Of a DNA stretch of 24,000 nucleotides, positions 1-10,375 are shown one piece after another. The stretch lies in NCBI RefSeq assembly GCF_011745685.2, contig NZ_JABUXO010000028.1. One strand, given 5' to 3'. The translations under genes and the position numbers were made by a program. Each line of letters begins with the position of its first letter. Positions within the stretch are counted from its first letter, which is position 1. Source of the stretch: Bacillus rugosus (GTDB lineage Bacteria > Bacillota > Bacilli > Bacillales > Bacillaceae). The notes under the pieces are model-generated. The model was not told the DNA's origin. It worked only from the letters and a program-made list of their open reading frames with translations, and ran no database searches.

Positions 1-1560
1 TTTTCTTACTTCTTCCGCTACAACGGAGAAGCCGCGGCCGTACTCGCCTGCACGTGCCGCTTCAATTGCTGCGTTTAAGGCAAGCAGGTTCGTCTGGTCT
101 GCGATACCATTAATCACACGCAAAATATTGGTGATATCTTTCGATTTCGTTTCCAATCCGCGCACGACTTGTTCTGCTTCTTTAACTGACTTGTCAATGA
201 CGTTCATTTGGCCGACGGTTTGATGAACAAGCTTTCCGCCTTCACTTGCAATTTCTGTTGACTGAACAGATGAATCTGTGATGACTTCAGAAGCTTGAGC
301 CATATTCGTCAATCCGTCATTCATTTGATAAATGTGCTCTGCTGCAGTTTCAATGTTTTCGTTTTGTTTTTCATTGCCGTTAGAAAATTGTTCAATCGCC
401 AATGTAATGTGCTCTGTTGCCTTGCTCGTTTGCGCGGCTGATGCAGTCAGTTCCTCAGAGGAAGCGGCAACATTGTCCACGGAATCCTGGATAGTGTGGA
501 TGAGAGAACGAAGTGACGACGCCATATTGTTGAAGCTTTTGCCGAGTTCGCCCAATTCATCTTTTGAACGGATATCAATGGTTTCCGTCAAATCTCCCTC
601 GCTGATCCGCTTAGAGGAACCGACAAGCTGTTTCAGCGGCGTTGTAATCGACCGAATGATCAATGTCATGACGATAATCCCTATGATAATCGCTGCGGCT
701 AAGACAATTAAAGCAATGTGAAGGACAGGCTGGGCTGCCTCATGAATTTCATCCAAATACATGGTGCCGCCCACTTTCCATCCCGTTAGCTTATTTGTGT
801 CAAAGGCCATTTTTTTCTTATCGCCGTCCATGGTGTATTGAAAATCGCCTTTATCCGCATTTAGCACCTTGTCGAGCCAGTCGCCCTTCAATTCGGTTCC
901 TGAGGTTTCATTAGGATGGGCGACAACCTTTTTGTCCTTCGTCATGATAAATGCGTAGCCTTGTTTGCCGATGTTGACTTTTTTGGTTGTTTTCAACAGA
1001 TTTTCGATCGTCATGTTGATTGCGATAACGCCTGAACCATCTTTTGTCTGTTGAGCAATTGTTACAACCATTGTGTTCGTAGAGGCTGTTTTATACGGGT
1101 CTGTCACAACGACTTTCCCTTTATTCGCAACCGCTTTTTTGTACCAGTCGCGTTCAACCGGGTTATAATCGCTCGGCATCTGAAGATCCGGGTAACGGGT
1201 AAAGCGCCCGTTTTTGTCACTTGTATAAATGGACTCTACATCTTTATTAATGCTGATATATTGTGAGAATTTCTCTGCAATACTTGCATTGCTTTTAGCA
1301 TTATATCTCTTTTTTGTCAGCCATTCGCTGAAGTAAGCAGCGCTGTTTTCTTTTTCACCGATGCTGGTGTTAATGGTTTCGTTTAATTGCTGTACATTTT
1401 CTAAGGCGCTCCCCATCATCTGTCTGTCGAGTGAGCTGCTTGCCGATTGATATGCAATGGCCGCCAATATGACAACCGGTATGATGAGAATCGACAGAAA
1501 GGAAACGAGAAGCTTCCGTGTAATAGATCTTTGTTTTATCAGTTGGAGTATTTTTTTCAT
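1..1560 (-). CDS. mcpA: Methyl-accepting chemotaxis protein, 3' part truncated by window edge (McpA-like)
   Basis: The minus frame from the ATG at 1560 reads [33 protein letters not shown]... and reaches position 1 in the same frame as ...[20 protein letters not shown] (conserved MCP signalling tip). An SD AAGGAG lies upstream. ATG at 1563 is an alternative start. It is missing from the ORF track probably because the stop lies outside the window. Confidence 0.9.
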   Translation of the reverse strand, partial: MKKILQLIKQRSITRKLLVSFLSILIIPVVILAAIAYQSASSSLDRQMMGSALENVQQLNETINTSIGEKENSAAYFSEWLTKKRYNAKSNASIAEKFSQYISINKDVESIYTSDKNGRFTRYPDLQMPSDYNPVERDWYKKAVANKGKVVVTDPYKTASTNTMVVTIAQQTKDGSGVIAINMTIENLLKTTKKVNIGKQGYAFIMTKDKKVVAHPNETSGTELKGDWLDKVLNADKGDFQYTMDGDKKKMAFDTNKLTGWKVGGTMYLDEIHEAAQPVLHIALIVLAAAIIIGIIVMTLIIRSITTPLKQLVGSSKRISEGDLTETIDIRSKDELGELGKSFNNMASSLRSLIHTIQDSVDNVAASSEELTASAAQTSKATEHITLAIEQFSNGNEKQNENIETAAEHIYQMNDGLTNMAQASEVITDSSVQSTEIASEGGKLVHQTVGQMNVIDKSVKEAEQVVRGLETKSKDITNILRVINGIADQTNLLALNAAIEAARAGEYGRGFSVVAEEVRK

Positions 1561-1591
1561 CATTCATTTCTCCTTTTTTAAGCTACCCTTC

Positions 1592-1599
1592 ATATCGGC
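1592..1599 (-). promoter_or_regulatory. Candidate sigma-D -10 element (GCCGATAT) for mcpA-like gene
   Basis: Exact GCCGATAT on the minus strand ~32 nt upstream of the start codon. The -35 (TAAA) is not well matched. Confidence 0.65.
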
Positions 1600-1682
1600 A
1601 GGAAATGGGTAAATATATACATTAAAAAAGAAGAAATTCAACAAAAGTAACTAATTTCCCATAAATAGATAGTTTCTTAGAG

Positions 1683-3674
1683 CTATTCTTTGTCCACTTT
1701 AAATCGTTTTGTCAGATCACGGAGTTCTTCAGACATTTTTTCAAGCGTCTGTGCTGATGAACTGATCTCCTCCATGGATGCCAGCTGTTCCTGGGCTGAT
1801 GCGGCGATATCTTGGATGCCGTCCGAGCTTTCTTTAGAAATGGCTGTGATATCATTCGAAGCAGCGGAAATTTCTTGAGCTCCCGCTGACAGCTCCTCAA
1901 CCGTCGCATTCATACTTTGCAGTTCGGAAGCAATTTGATTGGTCATGTGTGATATATGTTTGAAACTTTGTTTCGTTTCACCTGTCATGACAAGCCCTGT
2001 TTCAACTTCTTTATTCACGGACTGAAGCACGTTCAATGATGTGTGAATTTCTTTCACAATTTCGCTAATCAGTGATTCAATTTCTTTTGCCGAGTCAGCT
2101 GACTGTACCGCGAGTTTTCTCACTTCCTCAGCGACAACAGAGAAGCCCCGGCCGTATTCTCCCGCTCTGGCCGCTTCGATGGCGGCATTTAAAGCCAAAA
2201 GATTGGTTTGGTCCGCAATGCCGTTGATGACACGCAAAATATTCGTGATATCCTTTGATTTGATTTCCAGCCCCTTCACCACATGTTCCGCTTCTTTTAC
2301 TGAGTGATCAATCGTATTCATTTGGCCGGCTGTTTTCTGTACGAGTGTCTCACCCTTGCTTGATACTTCTGTTGAATCTGCGGATGTTTCCGTAATCACT
2401 GCGGCAGCCCGCGCCAGTTCAGCCAATCCGTCGTTCATTTCATTAATTTGTTCGGTTGTCTTCTCAATTCTGTCGCTTTGGCTTTCGCTGCCGTTTGAAA
2501 ATTGCTCGATGGCCATCGTAATATGCTCAGTGGCTCTGCTTGTCTGGTCAGCGGATGCAGTCAATTCTTCTGATGATGAAGCAACATGTTCTACTGAATC
2601 TTTGATGCCGTGAATGAGTGAGCGAAGTGAGTGGGCCATATGATTGAAGCTCTGGCTCAGAACGCCGAGTTCATCTTTTGAATTGATTTCTATCGTTTCG
2701 GTTAAATCGCCTTCACTGATTTTTTCAGCTGATGCGACAATGCGTCTCAATGGCTTTGTGATCGATCGAATCACAAAATAAATCGCTGTAATTCCAGCTG
2801 CGATGGCAATCGCCAGTACGATTGAAGCCATGGTCAGAACTTTGCTTGCAGCATCGCGGATCTCGTCCACATACATCGTGCCGATTATTTTCCAGCCTGT
2901 TGTTTCGCTTGTGGCAAATGCCATTTTCTTCGCTTTGCCTTGGTATGTATATTCAAAGTCGCCGCTTTTATTTTTGTAGAGCTTATCAACCCAGCTCCCC
3001 TTTAACTCTGTTCCCGCTTTTTCTCCGGAGTAGGCGATGACTTTTTTGTTTTGGCTTAAGATAAAAGCATAGCCTTCTTTGCCGATATTGATTCCTTTCG
3101 CTGTTGTGACCAGGTCATCAATTTTCATATCTATGGCGACAACGCCTGATCCATCCTCCGTCTGGCGGGCGATGGTGACGACCATTTTTCCTGATGAAAT
3201 AGATTCATAAGGCTCAGTGACGATTGTTTTGCCTTTATTAACCATTGCTTCTTTGTACCAATCTCGTTCTAAAGCATTAAAGTCACTCGGCATGTCTGCA
3301 TACGGATAACGTGTGAATTCCCCATCTTTACTGCTGGAAAATACCGCAGCGACATTGTCATTCATTTGGATAAATTGTTTAAATTCCTGTTTCATCTCTG
3401 TTTTCTTTTTATCCTTAAACTTATCTGCTGTAGCCCACTCGCTGAAAAACGCGAGGCTTTTTTCAGTCGTGCTGATTTTATCGTCAATGATATGATCTAA
3501 TACTTGAACGTTTTCCTTTGCGCTTTGCGTCATCTGGATATCAAGAGAGGCAACTGCTGATTGATATGCGCTTACCGAAAGAGCGGTAATGGGAACAATT
3601 AAGATCAGCAGGAAAGAAATAATAAGTCTCCTGGCAATCGATGACCTGCGAATAGTGGTAAATGTTTTTTTCAT
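1683..3674 (-). CDS. tlpA: Methyl-accepting chemotaxis protein (TlpA-like)
   Basis: 663 aa ORF with N-terminal TM, extracellular sensor, second TM, HAMP ([29 protein letters not shown]) and MCP tip ([40 protein letters not shown]). Confidence 0.93.
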   Translation of the reverse strand: MKKTFTTIRRSSIARRLIISFLLILIVPITALSVSAYQSAVASLDIQMTQSAKENVQVLDHIIDDKISTTEKSLAFFSEWATADKFKDKKKTEMKQEFKQFIQMNDNVAAVFSSSKDGEFTRYPYADMPSDFNALERDWYKEAMVNKGKTIVTEPYESISSGKMVVTIARQTEDGSGVVAIDMKIDDLVTTAKGINIGKEGYAFILSQNKKVIAYSGEKAGTELKGSWVDKLYKNKSGDFEYTYQGKAKKMAFATSETTGWKIIGTMYVDEIRDAASKVLTMASIVLAIAIAAGITAIYFVIRSITKPLRRIVASAEKISEGDLTETIEINSKDELGVLSQSFNHMAHSLRSLIHGIKDSVEHVASSSEELTASADQTSRATEHITMAIEQFSNGSESQSDRIEKTTEQINEMNDGLAELARAAAVITETSADSTEVSSKGETLVQKTAGQMNTIDHSVKEAEHVVKGLEIKSKDITNILRVINGIADQTNLLALNAAIEAARAGEYGRGFSVVAEEVRKLAVQSADSAKEIESLISEIVKEIHTSLNVLQSVNKEVETGLVMTGETKQSFKHISHMTNQIASELQSMNATVEELSAGAQEISAASNDITAISKESSDGIQDIAASAQEQLASMEEISSSAQTLEKMSEELRDLTKRFKVDKE

Positions 3675-3709
3675 TTCCTTTTGAACCTTCTTTCAATAAT
3701 TTACAAGTT

Positions 3710-3717
3710 ATATCGGC
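3710..3717 (-). promoter_or_regulatory. Candidate sigma-D -10 element (GCCGATAT) for tlpA
   Basis: Exact GCCGATAT on the minus strand ~36 nt upstream of the start codon. The -35 is weak. Confidence 0.65.
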
Positions 3718-3816
3718 AGATCTTCCTTTATATTACATTGAAAATGAAGGTAAAAATGAAAAATAGTTCTAAAATCACCGAAGAAACTAGTACTTTATTA
3801 TTATTTACTGCACGAA

Positions 3817-3845
3817 AAAAACAGCGCCTGGATAGCGCTGTTTTT
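3817..3845 (-). terminator. Intrinsic terminator downstream of mcpB
   Basis: AAAAACAGCGC-CTGGATA-GCGCTGTTTTT, an 11-bp stem with T-tract, just past the mcpB stop. Confidence 0.85.
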
Positions 3846-3851
3846 CTGCTT

Positions 3852-5840
3852 TTATTCGATTCTGAATTGCTTCGTCAGATCACGAAGCTCTTCTGCCATC
3901 TGCGCAAGAGTGGTCGCTGATGAACTGATTTCTTCCATAGAGGCAAGCTGCTCCTCGGCAGATGCGGCAATGTCTTGGATGCTTGCTGAGCTTTCTTTCG
4001 ACACATCGGCAATGCCGCTGACTGCTTCTGAAACATGCTGTGAACGGCCTGACAGCTGTTCGACGGTGGAATTCATCGTCTGCAATTTGCCCGCTATTTC
4101 GTTTGTCATGCTGAAAATGCTCTGGAAGCTTTCTTTTGTATTGTCTGTGACAACGAGTCCAGACTGTACTTCTTGATTCACTGCTTTAAACATATGAAGA
4201 GAGGTTTCGATTTCTGCTACGATTTCTTGGATCAGCTTTTCGATTTCTTTTGCTGAATCAGCTGATTGAACAGCCAGTTTTCGCACTTCCTCCGCTACGA
4301 CAGAGAAGCCGCGTCCTGATTCTCCGGCACGCGCCGCTTCAATGGCCGCGTTTAATGCCAGCAGATTTGTTTGGTCAGCGATGCCGTTGATGACTCTTAA
4401 AATGCTTGTGATGTCTTTTGATTTTCCTTCTAAGCCTTTGACCACAGCTTCAGCCTGCTGAACCGATTGATTAATCGAGTTCATTTGTCCGACTGTCTGC
4501 TGGACAAACTTTTCACCCGTTCCGGCGATTTCCGTTGATTGGATAGACGCCTTTGTAATATCTGATGATGTTTGTGAGACTTGCTGGAGCCCTTCATTCA
4601 TTAAATTCAGCTGATGAGAGCTGGAATCAACCTTTTCGCTTTGCTCCTCGTTTCCGTTTGAGAACTGCTCAATTGCCATCGTGATGTGCTCGGTGGCTTT
4701 ACTTGTCTGTCCGGCAGATGCGGTAAGCTGTTCGGACGATGCGGCCACATTGTTCACCGAGTCCTGAATAGCGCTGATCAGTGAACGGAGAGATTGTCCC
4801 ATTTCGTTGAAGCTTTCCCCAAGCTCTCCAAGCTCATCTTTCGAACGGATTTCGATCGTTTCTGTCAGATCCCCGCTGCTGATTGTTTTCGATGATTGAA
4901 CGAGACGTTTTAACGGTTTTGTAATCGAACGAACGATAAACAGAATTAAAACCCCGCCTGCCGCAATGGAAGCGATCAGCACGATCATGCCTGTTATGAG
5001 CACAGACTTTGAGGCATCCTTGATTTCACTCATATACATTGTGCCGGCTATCTTCCACCCAGTCAGTTCATTTGTTGTATATGCCATCTTTTTATCTTCG
5101 TTATTCAAAGTATACTGGAGTTCACCGCTGTCATTAGCATACATTTTTGTTACCCAGTCTCCTGACAGCTTTTCTCCAGCCTTATGGTCCTGGTGGGCGA
5201 CATATGTTTTGTTTTTCGTTGCAATGAAAACATAGCCTTCTTTTCCGACCTTGATTTGCTTCATCTGTTCTAACAATTTATCAATGGTAATGTCCATGGC
5301 GACAACGCCAGATCCGTCCTTCAGCTCCTGTGCAATGGTAATGACCATGCTTCCGTCATTCGCCGCCACGTAAGGATCTGTCACGACAATTTCACCGCCG
5401 GCCTTCATCGCATCTTGGTACCAAGGTCGTTGTCTCGGATCGTATCCATCCGGTAATTTTTCTTTAGGCGCTTGTACATAGGTGCCGTTTTCTATGCCAG
5501 CATAAATTCTGGCCACCCCTTGATTGATAGAAACATATTGCGAAAATTTGGTTTTAATCCCTTCTTGATTAGACTTTCCTTTGAATGCGGAGCTTTTAAG
5601 AGATTCACTGAAAAAGGTGACCGCTTTCGCTTTTGCTCCCAGATCATTTGTAACAGTTGTATTAAATGTATCGACACTGCTTTTCGCATTTCCCATAATT
5701 TCCTGATCCAGCTTTCCGCTGGCGCTTCGGTAAGAACTCAATTCCAATATAAGAATAGGGATAATAAGAATCGCAATAAATGAAACGATTAATTTTCTTG
5801 AGATAGACGGTTTCTTCAGCCAATTGATAAAAGTCTTCAT
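3852..5840 (-). CDS. mcpB: Methyl-accepting chemotaxis protein (McpB-like; asparagine receptor in B. subtilis)
   Basis: 662 aa [24 protein letters not shown]...; dCache-type extracellular domain, HAMP, signalling domain. Sequence recognised as McpB; adjacent to tgl as in B. subtilis. Confidence 0.93.
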   Translation of the reverse strand: MKTFINWLKKPSISRKLIVSFIAILIIPILILELSSYRSASGKLDQEIMGNAKSSVDTFNTTVTNDLGAKAKAVTFFSESLKSSAFKGKSNQEGIKTKFSQYVSINQGVARIYAGIENGTYVQAPKEKLPDGYDPRQRPWYQDAMKAGGEIVVTDPYVAANDGSMVITIAQELKDGSGVVAMDITIDKLLEQMKQIKVGKEGYVFIATKNKTYVAHQDHKAGEKLSGDWVTKMYANDSGELQYTLNNEDKKMAYTTNELTGWKIAGTMYMSEIKDASKSVLITGMIVLIASIAAGGVLILFIVRSITKPLKRLVQSSKTISSGDLTETIEIRSKDELGELGESFNEMGQSLRSLISAIQDSVNNVAASSEQLTASAGQTSKATEHITMAIEQFSNGNEEQSEKVDSSSHQLNLMNEGLQQVSQTSSDITKASIQSTEIAGTGEKFVQQTVGQMNSINQSVQQAEAVVKGLEGKSKDITSILRVINGIADQTNLLALNAAIEAARAGESGRGFSVVAEEVRKLAVQSADSAKEIEKLIQEIVAEIETSLHMFKAVNQEVQSGLVVTDNTKESFQSIFSMTNEIAGKLQTMNSTVEQLSGRSQHVSEAVSGIADVSKESSASIQDIAASAEEQLASMEEISSSATTLAQMAEELRDLTKQFRIE

Positions 5841-5872
5841 GTCCAGTTTCTCCTTCAGGTTTGATACAGTAT

Positions 5873-5880
5873 ATATCGGC
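5873..5880 (-). promoter_or_regulatory. Candidate sigma-D -10 element (GCCGATAT) for mcpB
   Basis: Exact GCCGATAT on the minus strand ~32 nt upstream of the start. TAAA lies ~13 nt further upstream. Confidence 0.7.
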
Positions 5881-5960
5881 TGCTTAAAAAAGTTTTAAAA
5901 TAAAAAATGGAAGAAGATCTTTTTCGGCTGTCTTTTAGCTTTCATTGCCCAAGCCCTGTG

Positions 5961-5969
5961 CATATCTTA
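5961..5969 (+). promoter_or_regulatory. Candidate sigma-K -10 element (CATATCTTA) for tgl
   Basis: Matches CATAnnnTA upstream of the tgl start. tgl is a known late mother-cell gene. The -35 AC motif is only weakly present. Confidence 0.4.
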
Positions 5970-5991
5970 TAAAAAACAAGGGGGGCTAAAG

Positions 5992-6729
5992 ATGATTATT
6001 GTATCCGGACAATTGCTCCGTCCCCAAGATGTTGAAAACTGGCAGATTGATGAGAATCTAAATCCTCTGTTAAAAGAAATGATTGAGACGCCTGTTCAGT
6101 TTGATTATCATTCAATTGCAGAACTGATGTTCGAGCTTAAACTGCGGATGAATATCGTCGCAGCGGCAAAAACGCTGCACAAAAGCGGAGCGAAGTTTGC
6201 CACTTTTTTAAAAACATACGGGAATACAACGTATTGGAGAGTTTCACCGGAAGGCGCCTTGGAGCTGAAATACAGAATGCGGCCTTCAAAAGCAATTCGG
6301 GACATAGCTGAGAATGGCCCGTTCTACGCGTTTGAATGTGCGACCGCGATTGTTGTCATTTATTATTTGGCCTTGGTCGATACAATCGGGGAAGAAAAAT
6401 TTGATGCCACCTTTGACAGAATTATTTTATATGACTGGCATTATGAGAAATTGCCGATATATACGGAAACAGGACATCACTTTTTTCTCGGAGATTGTTT
6501 ATATTTTAAAAACCCTGAATTTGATCCGCAAAAAGCGCAGTGGCGAGGCGAAAATGTGATTTTACTGGGAAAAGATAAATATTTTGCCCATGGTCTTGGA
6601 ATCTTAAGCGGGCAGCAAATTATCGATAAGCTGAATTCGTTTAGAAGAAAAGGAGCCATACAGCCAGCCTACCTTCTGTCTCAGGCGACCAGACTGGATG
6701 TTCCGTCTCTTTACCGCATTGTCCGCTAA
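5992..6729 (+). CDS. tgl: Spore coat protein-glutamine gamma-glutamyltransferase (transglutaminase)
   Basis: 245 aa MIIVSGQLLRPQDVENW...; catalytic-Cys context YAFECATAIVVIYYLAL. SD AAGGGGGG. Confidence 0.95.
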   Translation: MIIVSGQLLRPQDVENWQIDENLNPLLKEMIETPVQFDYHSIAELMFELKLRMNIVAAAKTLHKSGAKFATFLKTYGNTTYWRVSPEGALELKYRMRPSKAIRDIAENGPFYAFECATAIVVIYYLALVDTIGEEKFDATFDRIILYDWHYEKLPIYTETGHHFFLGDCLYFKNPEFDPQKAQWRGENVILLGKDKYFAHGLGILSGQQIIDKLNSFRRKGAIQPAYLLSQATRLDVPSLYRIVR

Positions 6730-6764
6730 AAACCCCATCGCCTATTTTCGAGACGATGGGGTTT
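6730..6764. terminator. Bidirectional terminator between convergent tgl and the small ORF
   Basis: AAACCCCATCG / CGATGGGGTTT, an 11-bp perfect stem. Confidence 0.75.
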
Positions 6765-6996
6765 CAAATGCTTTTCGTTTTCGATAAAAAGGGGCTGTGC
6801 CGAAAAACTGGTTCGCAGCCCACTCCATTTTTTCAAGGTCATTTCTTGTCACGATTGGATCTAGGCTGCTCCATTTGATGAAGCGGACAAAATAGTAGCC
6901 TTTGATAGGAGCCATGGTAACTTTTGAGTGAGGCCAGCCTTCAAATACAAACTCAATTTTCCCTCTTTTTTTATAAGAATATTGAAGAATGTTCAT
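6742..6996 (-). CDS. Small hypothetical protein (~84 aa)
   Basis: [42 protein letters not shown]...; ATG at 6996 preceded by AGAGGTG at proper spacing (the track starts at GTG 6999). Possibly the yuzH locus; the name is not certain. Confidence 0.65.
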   Translation of the reverse strand: MNILQYSYKKRGKIEFVFEGWPHSKVTMAPIKGYYFVRFIKWSSLDPIVTRNDLEKMEWAANQFFGTAPFYRKRKAFETPSSRK

Positions 6997-7020
6997 CACC
7001 TGTCACCTCTGTTTATCAAG

Positions 7021-8052
7021 TTACGTTCGGCAAAGCTCGGCTAACAGCGTTTTTACATCAGCGGGCCCGTTAAGCATTCCGACAGATTGCCCTGCCCACA
7101 GGGACATATATCCGGAATCTTTTTCACTGGCTGCGTGTTTTCTCATCGGCTTTGTTAATGTGTTTTGCAATGGATAAGGAAGCGCGTTTGCCTCCTCTTG
7201 TTGCTGCTCTTTCATCCATTGATTGACTATACCCCGTGCAGGCTTACCCGAAAACAATGAGGTGAGGCGCGTGTCTGTTCCCTGCGCTTTTTTTAATTCT
7301 CCTCTGTACACTTCTGATACTATACATTCCTCACACATGAGAAATGGCGTCCCGACCTGTACGCCCTGGGCTCCGAGACAATGAGCAGCTTGGACGCCGC
7401 GCCGGTCGGCAATTCCGCCTGCCGCGATCACTGGAACGGAAACGGCGTCTGCCGCTTGGGGAATGAGCGACATGAGGCCAAGTGTCGATTCTCCGCTGAC
7501 CGGCAGAAAAGACCCGCGGTGGCCGCCCGCTTCGCTTCCTTGCAGTACGATGATGTCTATTCCACGTTCTTCAAGCAGAACGGCTTCCTGCGGAGTCGTA
7601 GCTGTCCCGATGAGACAGCAGCCATTTTTCTTTAACGCTTGAATGCTTTCATCCGGCGGAATGCCAAACGTAAATGAACAGGCTGTTACATTGTGTTTGA
7701 GAATAATGTTAATTTTTTTATGGAAGTCCTCCCATTCTTCTTCCTCTGAAGAGAATGAAGGAGCCTGTTCGGCGAACGGAATTTTGTTTTTCCAAGTTTG
7801 AACGATGTCCTCATCCGGTTCTTTTCTGCTTTCCGGAACAAACACATTCACCTGAAATACCCGATCAGTCAGCTGCTTCATCTCAATGATTTGCTTTTCA
7901 AGCATGTCGGGACTGAGATATCCGGATGCCAGACTTCCAAGCGCGCCTTCATTTGACACAGCGGCTGCGAGGACGGGCGTGACAAGCCCTCCGGCCATTG
8001 GCGCTTGGATAATAGGTTTTGTCAGCGATAATGCTTTCATCCATTCTGTCAT
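7021..8052 (-). CDS. FMN-dependent nitronate monooxygenase / 2-nitropropane dioxygenase family protein
   Basis: From the ATG at 8052 (MTEWMKALSLTKPIIQAPMAGGLVTPVLAAAVSNEGALGSLASGYL...) with SD GGAGGGG. Motifs APMAGG, VLQGSEAGGHRG, PVIAAGGIADRRG. The track's longer start (8145) reaches into yugU and is unlikely. Confidence 0.85.
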   Translation of the reverse strand: MTEWMKALSLTKPIIQAPMAGGLVTPVLAAAVSNEGALGSLASGYLSPDMLEKQIIEMKQLTDRVFQVNVFVPESRKEPDEDIVQTWKNKIPFAEQAPSFSSEEEEWEDFHKKINIILKHNVTACSFTFGIPPDESIQALKKNGCCLIGTATTPQEAVLLEERGIDIIVLQGSEAGGHRGSFLPVSGESTLGLMSLIPQAADAVSVPVIAAGGIADRRGVQAAHCLGAQGVQVGTPFLMCEECIVSEVYRGELKKAQGTDTRLTSLFSGKPARGIVNQWMKEQQQEEANALPYPLQNTLTKPMRKHAASEKDSGYMSLWAGQSVGMLNGPADVKTLLAELCRT

Positions 8053-8065
8053 GAAACCCCTCCTG

Positions 8066-8464
8066 TTACCCCATAATTTTGATATAACAACTCCGTGTAC
8101 GCGGGCCGTCAAATTCACAGAAATAAATGCCCTGCCATGTTCCAAGAATCAGCCGGCCGTTTTCAATAATGACTTGCTGTGAAGCTCCCACCGTACTCGA
8201 CTTCATGTGTGCAGCTGTATTGCCCTCCATATGGCGGTCGAGCTCGTGTTCCCATGGATACACCTCATCAAACCTTCTGAGCATATCTTTTTTGACGTCC
8301 GGATCGGCATTTTCATTAATTGTAATGCCCGCTGTCGTATGAGGACAATAAATCAGTGCCGCGCCGCTCGTTACACCAGTTTCTTGAAGAAACGCTTCCA
8401 CCTCGCGTGTGATTTCAATCATTTCATCTCGTTTGTTCGTTTTGATTTGCATTGTTTTCAGCAT
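8066..8464 (-). CDS. yugU: YjbQ/UPF0047 family protein
   Basis: 132 aa [30 protein letters not shown]...[20 protein letters not shown]...; SD GGAG-N6-ATG. Confidence 0.9.
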   Translation of the reverse strand: MLKTMQIKTNKRDEMIEITREVEAFLQETGVTSGAALIYCPHTTAGITINENADPDVKKDMLRRFDEVYPWEHELDRHMEGNTAAHMKSSTVGASQQVIIENGRLILGTWQGIYFCEFDGPRTRSCYIKIMG

Positions 8465-8559
8465 TTGTTTCTCCTTTCATTTATCCGCTCTATTTGCTAT
8501 TTCGTTCTGTGTTCTTTTTTTCCTGTTAAACCGCTCTCATAAACCTGATAAAAAACAAA

Positions 8560-8584
8560 AAACTCCAGTCTCACGCTGGAGTTT
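8560..8584 (-). terminator. Intrinsic terminator of yugT
   Basis: Minus strand AAACTCCAG-CGTGAGA-CTGGAGTTTTTTG; the 5' arm overlaps the yugT stop codon. Confidence 0.8.
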
Positions 8585-10247
8585 AGCGCCATACATATAT
8601 TCTTGCTTCATACGGTTTTAACAGTACTGATGTCATGTGCTTGTGACTCTCTGTTTCAACATTTGACAATACGAGTGCGTCTGATGACAATGGTAACCCA
8701 GAGTGCTTGAATAAAGCTGGCGTTCCTGTCAGATTGGCCGTAATCAGTGCAGTATGGCTCTCGTTTTTCCGAAGATACGCAAAAATTTGCTGATCTTCCG
8801 GTAAAATGAGCTCGTATGTCCCATTAATAAAAACATCGAATATTTGGCGCAGATTGATCAGGCTTTTGTAAAAGTGGTATACGGATGTTTTGTCGTTTTT
8901 TTGAGCCTCGGCATTCAGCCATTTGTAATTCTCATTGATTCCGATCCACGGTCTGGCCTCAGAAAATCCGGCGTATGGATCAGCATTCCATTGCATAGGT
9001 GTTCGTGAATTGTCCCTTCCCTTTTTCCAGACAATCTTCATGACGTCTTCGTGTGATGCGCCTTTCGCCGTTTCTATTTCATACAGGCGTTTCATGGCGA
9101 CGTCATCATAGTCCTCAATAGATGGAAATGCCACGTTTGTCATACCAAGTTCCTGTCCCTGATAAATAAACGGTGTGCCTTTCATGAGAAAATAGACAGA
9201 AGCAAGCGCTTTTGCACTTTCTTTCAGGTACACTCCGTCGTCTCCCCACACAGAAACTGAACGGGGCTGGTCGTGATTTTCCATAAACAAAGCATTCCAG
9301 CCGATCCCTTCAAGACTGTCTTGCCAGTCAGTTAGAATTCGTTTGAAGGAAACGATGTCAATGCTTTCATTGATCTCTACATCCCACAGGCCGAGATGTT
9401 CAAATTGAAAAATCATGCTGAAAATGCCGTTTTTTTCTCCAGCCCATTCAGCCGCTTCCTTTGCAGCGACACCGTTTGCCTCACCGACTGTCATAATCGG
9501 ATAACGGGAAAATGTGTTTTCTTTCAGCTCTGTTAACAAACCCATTATGCCGTCAGCATTCATATGATAAGGAAAGGAAGGTACGCAATCCAGCCCTTTT
9601 GGATTCGGCATATCGGGAAGCCCTTCTTTTTTCTTAATATGCGTAATGGCATCCACCCGAAATCCGTCAATTCCTTTATCAAGCCACCAATTCACCATGT
9701 CGTAAACAGCATTTCTCACCTTTTCATTTTCCCAATTCAAATCAGGCTGTTTTTTATCAAAAAGGTGAAGATAATACTGGTTTGTCTTTTGATCATACTG
9801 CCATGCCGGCCCGCCGAAAATGCTTTCCCAATTGTTCGGCGCTTTTCCGTTTTTGCCATCCTTCCAAATATACCAGTCGCGCTTTTCGGAGTGTATGGAA
9901 GAACGGGATTCAATGAACCACGGGTGTTCGTCGCTTGTATGGTTCACGACAAGATCCATAATCAGCTTCATGCCCAGCCCATGAATGTCATCAAGCAGCT
10001 GGTCGAAATCCGCCATAGTGCCGAAATCGCTTAATATGTTTTTATAGTCCCTGATATCATATCCGTTATCAGCATTTGGCGAATCATACAGCGGGCAAAT
10101 CCAGATGACGTCAGCGCCCAGCTCTTTTATGTAATCAAGCTTGGATCTGATTCCTTGAATATCTCCGATTCCATCGCCATTTGAATCTTTAAAACTGCGG
10201 GGGTAAATTTGGTAGACAATCGATTCCTTCCACCAAGCCTTTTTCAT
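8583..10247 (-). CDS. yugT: Alpha-glucosidase / oligo-1,6-glucosidase (GH13 family)
   Basis: 554 aa MKKAWWKESIVYQIYPRSFKDSNGDGIGDIQGI...; GH13 motifs DLVVNHTSDEH, GFRVDAITHI, EANG, ENHDQPR. Confidence 0.93.
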   Translation of the reverse strand: MKKAWWKESIVYQIYPRSFKDSNGDGIGDIQGIRSKLDYIKELGADVIWICPLYDSPNADNGYDIRDYKNILSDFGTMADFDQLLDDIHGLGMKLIMDLVVNHTSDEHPWFIESRSSIHSEKRDWYIWKDGKNGKAPNNWESIFGGPAWQYDQKTNQYYLHLFDKKQPDLNWENEKVRNAVYDMVNWWLDKGIDGFRVDAITHIKKKEGLPDMPNPKGLDCVPSFPYHMNADGIMGLLTELKENTFSRYPIMTVGEANGVAAKEAAEWAGEKNGIFSMIFQFEHLGLWDVEINESIDIVSFKRILTDWQDSLEGIGWNALFMENHDQPRSVSVWGDDGVYLKESAKALASVYFLMKGTPFIYQGQELGMTNVAFPSIEDYDDVAMKRLYEIETAKGASHEDVMKIVWKKGRDNSRTPMQWNADPYAGFSEARPWIGINENYKWLNAEAQKNDKTSVYHFYKSLINLRQIFDVFINGTYELILPEDQQIFAYLRKNESHTALITANLTGTPALFKHSGLPLSSDALVLSNVETESHKHMTSVLLKPYEARIYVWR

Positions 10248-10340
10248 ACAGCCACTCCTTCCTAAGTGTGCGGTCTATATATCTTATGTAGAAAAAAGGC
10301 TTTACAGCATTGCTTTTTCCGAATACCATCAGCGGTCATA

Positions 10341-10375
10341 AAAAAACAGCCGCTCAATCTTCGGCTGCTTTTTAT
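10341..10375 (-). terminator. Terminator downstream of yugS
   Basis: Minus strand GCAGCCG-AAGATTGAG-CGGCTG-TTTTTTT. Confidence 0.75.

Noticed and set aside
332-721. Plus-strand ORFs inside the MCP genes (332-721, 2356-2613, 3910-4176, 4966-5235 and similar)
   Set aside because: Antisense shadows of the conserved MCP coding regions: they recur at equivalent positions in the paralogues, lack SDs and have composition dictated by the sense strand.
1370-1567. 65-aa minus [16 protein letters not shown]...
   Set aside because: Out-of-frame reading of the mcpA 5' end. The ATG at 1567 is only 2 nt from the SD, while the 1563/1560 ATGs open the full receptor frame.
7021-8145. Nitronate monooxygenase ORF starting at 8145 with an overlap of ~80 nt into yugU
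   Set aside because: The family homology starts at MTEWMKALSLTKPIIQAPMAGG (ATG 8052), which has an excellent SD. The extra 31 aa are the antiphase of yugU.
9564-10034. 156-aa plus-strand ORF antisense to yugT
   Set aside because: Long antisense ORF in a biased coding region, no RBS, no recognisable family; the sense gene is clear.
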